Shown: piece by piece, positions 8,682 through 16,132 of the stretch
Layout of the letters: every line of letters begins with the position of its first letter
How positions within the stretch are numbered: position 1 is the first letter of the stretch
Assembly: GCA_039208735.1 (NCBI GenBank)
Contig: JBCCQY010000081.1
Span: forward strand, 1 to 38,248
Source of the DNA: Myxococcota bacterium
Lineage (GTDB): Bacteria > Myxococcota_A > UBA796 > GCA-2862545
DNA length: 38,248 bases
Direction: 5' to 3'
The notes under the pieces: model-generated
What the model was told of the DNA's origin: nothing
Databases searched by the model: none
Seen by the model: only the letters and a program-made list of their open reading frames with translations
Made by a program: the position numbers and the translations under genes

Positions 8682-9550
8682 TCGTTCGTCGACCTTTTGC
8701 GTCCACCACGGACGCTTCCATCCGCCGCCTTAGCGATCTGAAGGATCGGTTGGACCACCAGAATGTGGTGGCCGCGAGTGGCATCACGATTCAGGACGTG
8801 GATGACGCCGCAGGATTGTGGCGTCAGATCGACAACTTGAGCCAATCCCGGGTCAATCTCGACGCGTTTCTGACCAACGGTGAGTTTGCCGAATCGATCT
8901 TGCGGGTGGCTGACGTGGCCCTCCAAGAAGGGGCGGACGTGCTTTCGAGCGCGCGGGCGTTGGCGGTGTACCTCTCGAACGACTCGTTTGTGCCCTCGGA
9001 CCGGTCCGCACAGCTGCCCGAAGTCGAGCAGATGATCGAAAGCATCGTCCAGATCGGAAACGCCCAATATGGCAAACGATTTGTATTCGCCGGCACCGCC
9101 TACGATTCGGCCGCGTTCGATGAGGGCGGCACCTACCTGGGAACCAACGATGTGCCAAGTACTCAGGTGTCAGACACGCAGTTCGTGAACACGGGCTTCG
9201 ACGGTAGCGTCGCGATTGAGTCCGCCCTCGCGGCCCTTCAGGACTTTGCGAACGCCCTTCAGTCCGGTGATCAGGCCCAGGTGAACGCCCAGATCGATGT
9301 GCTCGACGAGGCCTTTCGTGACTTGGTGCTTCAACGTCAGCAGGTCGGCCACGAACAGTCCGATGTCGGCCGAATCAATGACCTCACGCGGTCGCTTCAG
9401 ATCACCGTGGCGGAATCCCTCGACCAGCTGGTGGGGCAAGATCCCATCGAGGCGTTGACCTCGTTGTCTGAACTCCAGTCGGCCTACCAGATTGCGCTGC
9501 AGGTGACGGCAACCCGAAGCTCCAACACGATCTTCGATTTCCTTAGGTAG
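8678..9550 (+). CDS. flgL: Flagellar hook-associated protein 3
   Basis: GTGA overlap with flgK; ASG..IQDVDDA, GNAQYGKRFVFAGT, DPIEALTSLSELQSAYQIAL, TIFDFLR. Confidence 0.92.
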   Translation: MIVRRPFASTTDASIRRLSDLKDRLDHQNVVAASGITIQDVDDAAGLWRQIDNLSQSRVNLDAFLTNGEFAESILRVADVALQEGADVLSSARALAVYLSNDSFVPSDRSAQLPEVEQMIESIVQIGNAQYGKRFVFAGTAYDSAAFDEGGTYLGTNDVPSTQVSDTQFVNTGFDGSVAIESALAALQDFANALQSGDQAQVNAQIDVLDEAFRDLVLQRQQVGHEQSDVGRINDLTRSLQITVAESLDQLVGQDPIEALTSLSELQSAYQIALQVTATRSSNTIFDFLR

Positions 9551-9562
9551 GGTCGGGCGGTG

Positions 9563-9648
9563 GGGGTGGCGCACCCCTTCAAACGCAGCCGCATGACCAC
9601 GCCGCGAGGGTTCAGGGCCCGCAGGCGGTTTCTCCGCTGCGGGAGCCC
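9563..9648 (+). terminator. Two GC-rich stem-loops downstream of flgL
   Basis: GGGGTG-GCG-CACCCC at 9563-9577 and GGGCCCGCAGGCGG-TTTCT-CCGCTGCGGGAGCCC at about 9615-9648; no strong U-tract. Confidence 0.35.
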
Positions 9649-10068
9649 TCGCTCGACTCGACGTAGTGAGCCACATGCATCTGGTTGGCTCGCCGGATGA
9701 GTTGGATGACGTCGATGGCTGTCGTGGAACGGCCTCCGTTTCCAACGTAGCGGAATTCCGAGGCGGCCTTGCCTGGCACGTCATCGCGAAGCGGAAGGAT
9801 GCATTGGGCCTTGGCGTGAAGATCGAGCCCGAACGCCACCGGCGACCGCATCGTCGCCGACCCGCTCCGCAATGCCGCTTCGAGTGCCGGTGATGTCAAG
9901 TCGGTGCGTGCAGTTCCGGCACATTCGGTCTGGAAGGAGCGTCAGGCCTGCCTCTCCGAGTCGCGTAAGCTTCTCACATTGCGTTTCCCGCAACCCTGGC
10001 GTGTCCCCAGATGGTTGGCCTTCGACCACTCTTCTTTGTCTAAATGGCACGGATTGGTTCGGACACCT

Positions 10069-10097
10069 CTCAATCGGGCCGGAGTCGGGTCCGAACA
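10069..10097 (+). promoter_or_regulatory. Sigma28-like promoter of flagellin (CTCAA-N16-TCCGAACA)
   Basis: About 70 nt upstream of the fliC ATG; same subtype as the EAL-HDOD promoter. Confidence 0.65.
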
Positions 10098-10170
10098 TCT
10101 GGGCGAGTCGAGGAGCTGCTAGCCGGCACCTCAAGCCTTTTGAATCCGACCCCACGCAAGGAGGCCAACC

Positions 10171-11010
10171 ATGGCCCTGTCGGTCAACACGAATATCGCG
10201 TCGCTCGACGCCATCTCTCGCTTGAACATGACCCAGACCAACCTGACCAAGACGCTGGCTCGAATCAGCTCTGGGCTTCGCATCACGCGAGCGGGTGACG
10301 ATGCGGCCGGTTTGGGCGTGGCCGAGAACCTCTCCGCTTTGACCCGTTCACTGCGTATGGCGATGCGGAACACGAACGATGGCATTTCCGTGGTGCAAAC
10401 CGCAGAAGGCTCAGCGTCGGAAATCAGCAATATCCTGAAGCGGATGCGAGAGCTGGCCATCCAGTCCGCGTCGGAGACGCTCGCCAACTCGGAACGAACC
10501 TACGTAAATGACGAGTTTGCGGAACTCGGTGCGGAAATCGACCGTATTGCCGAGGTGACCGAGTTCAACGGTGTGCCCCTCACCGACGCGGGTGCCGTGG
10601 CGACGCTGCAGGTACAGGTGGGCGTGGATGGCACGGCGAATAGCCGGGTGGCCATCAACCTGACGAACCTCCGTTCCGACTCCGCGAACATGGGCGTCGA
10701 CACGGGTAGCATCGACCTGCTGACGGCAGCCAACGCCCAGGCGGCCATCGCCAACATCGACTCCGCGCTCGACTTTGTGAACCAGGTTCGTTCCGGCTTT
10801 GGGGCCACTCAGAACCGTCTCGAATCGGCTTACCGTCAGCTCGACAACTACTTCCTCAACCTCACGGAATCCGAGTCCCGGATCCGCGACACGGACTTTG
10901 CGTACGAGTCGGCACAGATGTCGAAGTACCAGATCATGCAGCAGGCCGGCGTCGCCGTGTTGTCGCAGGCCAAGAACATGAACGCGCAGGCGGCCCAGCT
11001 CCTTCAGTAA
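10171..11010 (+). CDS. fliC: Flagellin (minimal, 279 aa)
   Basis: MALSVNTNIAS, RISSGLRITRAGDDAAGL, RNTNDGISVVQTAEG, RMRELAIQS, GATQNRLE, ESRIRDTDFA, QQAGVAVLSQA; RBS AAGGAGG. Confidence 0.99.
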   Translation: MALSVNTNIASLDAISRLNMTQTNLTKTLARISSGLRITRAGDDAAGLGVAENLSALTRSLRMAMRNTNDGISVVQTAEGSASEISNILKRMRELAIQSASETLANSERTYVNDEFAELGAEIDRIAEVTEFNGVPLTDAGAVATLQVQVGVDGTANSRVAINLTNLRSDSANMGVDTGSIDLLTAANAQAAIANIDSALDFVNQVRSGFGATQNRLESAYRQLDNYFLNLTESESRIRDTDFAYESAQMSKYQIMQQAGVAVLSQAKNMNAQAAQLLQ

Positions 11011-11017
11011 GGGGGCC

Positions 11018-11046
11018 GGCGGGCCGAGGAATCTCTTCAGCCCGCC
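11018..11046 (+). terminator. Stem-loop after flagellin
   Basis: GGCGGGC...GCCCGCC stem with partly paired interior, followed by TGATTTCT. Confidence 0.5.
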
Positions 11047-11062
11047 TGATTTCTATCGATAA
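11035..11062 (+). promoter_or_regulatory. Sigma28-like promoter of fliD-fliS-fliT-like (CTTCA-N15-ATCGATAA)
   Basis: -10 box matches 6/8 of GCCGATAA at canonical spacing; fliD is a typical FliA target. Confidence 0.55.
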
Positions 11063-11088
11063 CCCTTGCGTTCAGTTGGGAGAGCCCC

Positions 11089-12453
11089 ATGTCCATCACC
11101 ATCGACGGCGTTTTCTCCGGATTCGATACGACCGCCCTCATCGAAGCCATCCTCACCGGCTCCCGGCAGCGGATCATTCTTCGCGAAGGCCAAGTTAGCG
11201 ACAACCAGATCACGTCGGACAGACTGTCCGAGATGTCGGGTTTGCTCTCGAGCCTGTCGAGTCGGATTGAGACGCTTCAAGGCACGAGCGGAGGCATCGA
11301 GTCCCAGGCGTTCACGACAAGCTTCGCCGAGGGATTCGGATTCACCGCAGAAGCGGGTGATGGCGCGGTGCTCGGCACCTACGACATCGACATCGCGAGT
11401 CTGGCCACCGCACAGATCGAATCGAGCAACGAGACCTACGCCGAGCGTTCGACGACTGGGGTGATGGGCCAAGGGACCATCGCTATCGATATCGGGGGCA
11501 CGGTCACCGACGTGACCATCGACTCGACCAACGATAGCCTCACGGGGTTTGCTGACGCGATCAACGCGGTCAGCGGGGTCAGTGCCTATGTCCTCGACAC
11601 GGGCGATGCGACCAACCCCTACCAGCTGATCGTTCAGGCGGAACGGACGGGGGCAAGCAACGCCTTCACCATCGACACGTCCGGACTCTCGGGCGGTTCG
11701 GTGCCCACGTTCTCGAACGTGCAGGCCGGAGCGGATGCGGCGCTGACCGTTAACGGCATCGCGGTCACGTCCGATTCCAACACCATCCAGGCCGTGCCGG
11801 GCTTGACCATCAATGCCACCCAGGCAGGACTCGGCAACAGCGTGGTCACGGTGGGCTTCGACTCGGCTGCGTTCAAGCAGCAAGTGGAAGACCTGCTTAG
11901 CGACTACAACGAGATCATTACGTTCTACGATGCCAATACGGCGTTTGACACGGACGCGAACACGCAGGGTCCGCTGAACGGCGAGAGCGTCGCGAGAAAC
12001 ATCGTCGACCGCATCGGGACCCTGATCTCCGGGAACTACACCAGCGTTTTGGGTTCGTTTTCCCTTCTCGCCCAGATCGGTGTTCAGACCCAGCAAGATG
12101 GGACGCTGCTCCTCGACTCGCCGACGTTTGACGCCGCCGTCGAGAACAACTTCGATGATGTCGTTGAGGTGCTTACGAGCGCCGACGGCCCGCTGTCCGC
12201 GCTCAAGGCTCAGATCGATGATGTCTACATCAACTCCGATGGGCTTCTCGACAGTCGACGCGACACCCTCCAAGACGAGATTGTTCGTCTTCAGGAGGAC
12301 ATCGAGCGCGAAGAAGAGCGCATCGAGAGCCGTACCGACACCCTTCGCGCTCAGTTCACCAGGTTGGAAGAATCCCTGGCCGAACTCCAGAGTTCTGGCA
12401 ACTCCCTTTCTGCCCTGCTCAGCACCGCCCCGTCCGGTGGCGCAGGCATTTAG
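11089..12453 (+). CDS. fliD: Flagellar filament cap protein
   Basis: GVFSGFDTTALIEAIL, GTYDIDIASLATAQ, DAALTVNGIAVTSDSNTI, QIGVQTQQDGTL, LRAQFTRLEESLAELQS. Confidence 0.95.
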   Translation: MSITIDGVFSGFDTTALIEAILTGSRQRIILREGQVSDNQITSDRLSEMSGLLSSLSSRIETLQGTSGGIESQAFTTSFAEGFGFTAEAGDGAVLGTYDIDIASLATAQIESSNETYAERSTTGVMGQGTIAIDIGGTVTDVTIDSTNDSLTGFADAINAVSGVSAYVLDTGDATNPYQLIVQAERTGASNAFTIDTSGLSGGSVPTFSNVQAGADAALTVNGIAVTSDSNTIQAVPGLTINATQAGLGNSVVTVGFDSAAFKQQVEDLLSDYNEIITFYDANTAFDTDANTQGPLNGESVARNIVDRIGTLISGNYTSVLGSFSLLAQIGVQTQQDGTLLLDSPTFDAAVENNFDDVVEVLTSADGPLSALKAQIDDVYINSDGLLDSRRDTLQDEIVRLQEDIEREEERIESRTDTLRAQFTRLEESLAELQSSGNSLSALLSTAPSGGAGI

Positions 12454-12468
12454 TCCAGGAGGACGTGA

Positions 12469-12843
12469 ATGAACGGCATTGCCCGCTACAAGCAGGCGCG
12501 GTCCAGGGTCGAGCCCGAGCAGCTGGTCCTTTTGCTCTTGCAGGAGGCGGTCGTGCGGCTCACTCGTCTCGAGTCGACCTCGGGCAACGATCCGCGCTGG
12601 GTCCAGGACCTGCACCATGTGCGGGCGATCGTGCTCGAACTCTTCGATGGGCTCGACCCATCCGTCGATGAGACCCTGGTGAAGCGCCTTGCCAACCTCT
12701 ACCAGTGGTGCCTCGAGGAGCTGATTCGCGCAGGCAACGAACGTGAGAAGGATGTCATCGTACCTGTGCGCAAGGTCCTGGAAACCCTGCTCGAAGCATG
12801 GCAGCACATTCTCAAGGATCCAACGCCACCTGAGGCCGCGTGA
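12469..12843 (+). CDS. fliS: Flagellin chaperone
   Basis: YKQ...PEQLVLLL, IVLELFDGLD, LANLYQW, LETLLEAW; follows fliD. Confidence 0.9.
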   Translation: MNGIARYKQARSRVEPEQLVLLLLQEAVVRLTRLESTSGNDPRWVQDLHHVRAIVLELFDGLDPSVDETLVKRLANLYQWCLEELIRAGNEREKDVIVPVRKVLETLLEAWQHILKDPTPPEAA

Positions 12844-13130
12844 ATCCTCATCCTCTGGTGGCGGAGGCAAAGCGACTGCTCGACCAGGAGCACCTCGACC
12901 CCGACGAGTTGAATGAGCTGTCGCAACAGGTGCGGACGAAGCCCCCCACCGAGCCCGACACGGCTCGCGCGTTGCTTGCCCTGATCGAGACCCTAAGCCA
13001 GCGGGTGTCGACGGAACTCGACGTGCTGGGCCATGCGCTCAAGGAAGCCGCTGCCTCGAAGAAGGCACTGGCGGGCTATGGCTTCGTGAAGCCAACCGTC
13101 AAGAACCAGCACGCCAACAAGGTCGTCTGA
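12840..13130 (+). CDS. Small helical protein in fliT position (FliT-like chaperone?)
   Basis: GTGA overlap with fliS; helical with C-terminal ALAGYG; synteny only. Confidence 0.55.
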   Translation: MNPHPLVAEAKRLLDQEHLDPDELNELSQQVRTKPPTEPDTARALLALIETLSQRVSTELDVLGHALKEAAASKKALAGYGFVKPTVKNQHANKVV

Positions 13131-13331
13131 TAGCGTTGGGAAGACGCTGAAGATGGTGGGTGCGATCGCCGACTTCAGGTGAGGCCTTGCGGAAACCTCC
13201 GTGTTCACCCCAGCTTAAGTACTGGAGAACGCGGGCTCTCGAGTCACGAACCGAGTTTGTGACCAGCTTTCGGACTATTGGGCATTTTGGTCCACGGGTG
13301 AGCGACGCTATGCTCCTGCCCCGGGGGCGAA

Positions 13332-14762
13332 GTGCAGGACGTTCCAGAGTTGGTGGGGGGCGAGCTGCGGATCGACCGCTATGTGGTCGAGGCCAAGCTC
13401 GGCGAAGGAGGCATGGCAGACGTCTGGTTGTGTCGGCTCGCGGGCGCTCGTGGGTTCACCAAGCGGGTGGTGATCAAGACGATCAAAGCCGCGTGCCGCA
13501 ACGATCACTACGAGTCGATGTTCATCGATGAGGCCAACATCGGGGCGCGCCTCGAGCATCCGAACATTCCCCGGGTGACGGAATTGGGCCAGACGGCTTC
13601 GGGGGTGCTCTACCTGGTGCAAGAGTACGTCGATGGGCCCAGCGTACAGCAGATCATCGGGGCGCAGCGGGCGATCGGACGCTGCGATCTGCGACTCGCG
13701 GTGAAGATTGCGTCCAGCGTCGCCAGCGCGCTCGACTTTGCCTATCGGCTTGGAGATGACCAAGGCCGTCCACTCGATGTTGTTCATCGTGACGTTTCAA
13801 CGTCGAACATTCTCGTTTCCCGGCGCGGCCCCGCCAAGCTCATCGACTTTGGGGTGGCCCGATTTAGTGACCGCGAGACCGAGACCCAGACAGGCATCCT
13901 GAAGGGGAAGCTGCGATTCATGGCGCCCGAAGTGGTTTCCGGAGGGCCAACGAGTCACCAGTCCGACCTGTACTCACTGGGTCAGGTGCTGTACCGGCTG
14001 TGCACCACCCAACGGCCTGGGGGGCTGGTCGGGTCTGCCGATTTCGCGATGCCATCCGAGATCCAGCCCGATGTGGACCCTGCGTTGGACTCCATCATCC
14101 TCGCATGCCTGCAGGTCAAGCCCGACCATCGCATCGTCAATGGCGAGTTGCTTTCGCAGCGTTTGGATCGGTGGGCCTTGGCTCATGGAGGGCCGGTCAC
14201 CGCCGCCGAGTCTGCGGCCCGCCTCGCCTCGATGTTCCCAGGTGGGGCCACAGATTGGCAGCCGACGGATACCGAACCGCTCAGCGCATCGATGGCGAGC
14301 GCAACGCCGTCGGCACGGCCTCGGTCCCGTCCTGGGAAAGGTCGAGTGTCACGGTCGGTGGTCTTCGTGGCCAGCGTAGGGGCGGGATTGTTGTTGGCAG
14401 GGCTAGGATTCGCCGCCTTTTTGGCGACCCAACCCGACCGTGCGGCAGTGGCGCACAGCACCCCGGCCGATGCGGCGCTGAAGAACTTGATCGAATCCGC
14501 GACACAGGCCCTGATGGCCGATCGCTATTCGGATGCGGAAGCGTTGTGGCGGGAGTCGATGCGTCTCAAGACGTCCGACGTGGAACTCCAAATGCGTCGG
14601 GCCCAGCTCACCGCTGACCTACAGCTGTACGGTCAGATTGAGGGGGTGCGGGCGTTGGCGGGTTTGGACCCTGAGAAGGCTCGTACGCAGGCGGAACAAC
14701 TCCACCATGACCACCCAGAACACCCCGACGTGGCTGCGCTCCTCGATGAACTGAGTCCGTAG
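13332..14762 (+). CDS. Hanks-type Ser/Thr kinase with TM helix and extracytoplasmic helical/TPR-like domain
   Basis: LGEGGMADV, VVIKTI, MFIDEA, HRDVSTSN, DFG, GKLRFMAPE, DLYSLG; TM VVFVASVGAGLLLAGLGFAAFLA. Confidence 0.93.
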   Translation: MQDVPELVGGELRIDRYVVEAKLGEGGMADVWLCRLAGARGFTKRVVIKTIKAACRNDHYESMFIDEANIGARLEHPNIPRVTELGQTASGVLYLVQEYVDGPSVQQIIGAQRAIGRCDLRLAVKIASSVASALDFAYRLGDDQGRPLDVVHRDVSTSNILVSRRGPAKLIDFGVARFSDRETETQTGILKGKLRFMAPEVVSGGPTSHQSDLYSLGQVLYRLCTTQRPGGLVGSADFAMPSEIQPDVDPALDSIILACLQVKPDHRIVNGELLSQRLDRWALAHGGPVTAAESAARLASMFPGGATDWQPTDTEPLSASMASATPSARPRSRPGKGRVSRSVVFVASVGAGLLLAGLGFAAFLATQPDRAAVAHSTPADAALKNLIESATQALMADRYSDAEALWRESMRLKTSDVELQMRRAQLTADLQLYGQIEGVRALAGLDPEKARTQAEQLHHDHPEHPDVAALLDELSP

Positions 14763-14766
14763 GGGA

Positions 14767-14794
14767 CTCAAGGGCGAACGACTCCGACCGATGG
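14767..14794 (+). promoter_or_regulatory. Sigma28-like promoter of the four-gene accessory operon (CTCAA-N15-ACCGATGG)
   Basis: Nearly identical to the flgI and flgM motifs; ATG follows 6 nt after the -10 box (leaderless-like). Confidence 0.65.
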
Positions 14795-14800
14795 CGAACC

Positions 14801-15043
14801 ATGATGTGGTCGATCGGAGTCTTGGCGACAACGTGGGCGGTGGAACCGCCTGCCGATACCGGCGAAGTGCTCGACACGGGCATGCCCGCGGCGGAGGACA
14901 CGGCTCCGCCGCGAGCGCGGTCCGCCGCCGAGCTGGCGGGCGAGACCGGCGGGTGCCGCTGTAGCTCGTCGTCCCCCTACGCTCCGTGGCTGGGCGGGGG
15001 GCTTGGTCTGCTCGTGGTCGCCCGAAGGCGGGTGGGTCCATGA
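14801..15043 (+). CDS. Small secreted protein with MYXO-CTERM-like sorting tail
   Basis: Signal-like N-terminus, acidic linker, then GGCRCSSSS-PYAPWLGGGLGLLVVA-RRR. Confidence 0.7.
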   Translation: MMWSIGVLATTWAVEPPADTGEVLDTGMPAAEDTAPPRARSAAELAGETGGCRCSSSSPYAPWLGGGLGLLVVARRRVGP

Positions 15044-15573
15044 CCGAGTTCCATCAGTTTCCGGCCGTCGTCGAACTCGCGGTGGTGCCATTGCCGAACG
15101 CCGATGCCGACGATCCCATCGTTCTTCCCCGGTACGGCACGCCGTTGGCGGATCGGGCGCGTGCGGCGGTCGCGCGGGTCTCGCGCAGCAGTCACGACGT
15201 TCGAGATGCGCTGTCGTCCGTGCTCGAAGCGGTTTCCGGGCTCGAGCGGACGCTGTCGTGGTCGACCGGAACGCTCGTGCTGTCGAAGGCCGGCATCGAG
15301 TTGAAGCCGGAACTCGTGCTGATTGGCGAAGGGGCCATCGACCTACAGCGGGCAGGTCCGTGGGCCAATGAACAGCCGGTCATCACTTACGTGGTGCTCG
15401 AGATTCGGGATGCTCGTCACCTGCTCGTCCTCCGAGGAACCGTGCTCCAACGGGACGACGGGGCTCGACTCTCGCTTCGTGGGTTGCGAGCCGAAGAACG
15501 AGACTTGATCGTCGCATTCGTATTTCAGCAGGAAGCCAAGGAGAGGCGCCGTGCTCTGGACCATCCTGACTAG
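15040..15573 (+). CDS. Degenerate PilZ-like protein
   Basis: ATGA overlap with upstream gene. C-terminus LRGTVLQ...LSLRGLRAEERDLIVAFVFQQEAKERRR resembles PilZ C-termini; RxxxR absent and D/NxSxxG reduced to LIGEGA. Confidence 0.55.
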   Translation: MTEFHQFPAVVELAVVPLPNADADDPIVLPRYGTPLADRARAAVARVSRSSHDVRDALSSVLEAVSGLERTLSWSTGTLVLSKAGIELKPELVLIGEGAIDLQRAGPWANEQPVITYVVLEIRDARHLLVLRGTVLQRDDGARLSLRGLRAEERDLIVAFVFQQEAKERRRALDHPD

Positions 15574-16132
15574 CGGTATCGCCGCACAGGCCGCCGACAT
15601 CGTGTTGCTCGCTCGGGGGCAAGCCTCCGCGTGGGCGGACCCTGCGATTGGTACGTTCTATCGAACGGGTGCATTGATGGGCGGAGCCGGCGTTGTGGTC
15701 GATGTTTTCGGACCGATTTCGGCCGACTTGGATGTCGCCTACAAGCGAGCCAACCCGGCCCTCGATCCAAGCGACGATTCGACCCGGTTTGAACTCGTTC
15801 CGGTGACGTTGTTCGCCGAATACAACTTCAAGTTCGCCAATGCGCCGGTGCTCCCCTTTGCAGGGCTGGGCTTTGCGATGGTCCAGTTTGCAGAGCGACA
15901 CGCTCCGATGCCGGACGGGCGGACGGTGACGCGAGGGATGCGGCCGGCCATCGAGTTGCGGACCGGCGTGCGGGTCGACCTGGGGCTGGTCCCCGGGAGC
16001 CTGATGCGCACGGGGCCAGTCAAGAGCATTGATCTTGAGGTCTTTGGGGGTCGGCGGCTGGAAATGCCGGGTGGCATGGGCTTCAACCTCTCCGCGTGGC
16101 GGGCGGGCCTTGGTCTTGGGGTCCGACTGTGA
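15551..16132 (+). CDS. Small outer-membrane beta-barrel protein
   Basis: Signal peptide ending AQA; alternating amphipathic strands (LVPVTLFAEY, PFAGLGFAMV, IELRTGVRV); terminal strand WRAGLGLGVRL. Confidence 0.7.
   Translation: MLWTILTSGIAAQAADIVLLARGQASAWADPAIGTFYRTGALMGGAGVVVDVFGPISADLDVAYKRANPALDPSDDSTRFELVPVTLFAEYNFKFANAPVLPFAGLGFAMVQFAERHAPMPDGRTVTRGMRPAIELRTGVRVDLGLVPGSLMRTGPVKSIDLEVFGGRRLEMPGGMGFNLSAWRAGLGLGVRL

Noticed and set aside
9612..9899. 95-aa minus-strand ORF as csrA, fliW or a FlhB-like protein
   Set aside because: No matching motifs and weak TTG start; left uncalled.
10045..10059. TGGCACG upstream of flagellin as a sigma54 promoter
   Set aside because: No TTGC/GC -12 element at the required spacing (TGGCACGGATTGGTT).
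11053..12870. Long antisense ORFs (also 6449-7885, 22470-24266, 23182-24948, 27801-29213, 33627-35345)
   Set aside because: Shadow ORFs opposite well-supported genes, expected in high-GC DNA; no recognisable motifs.
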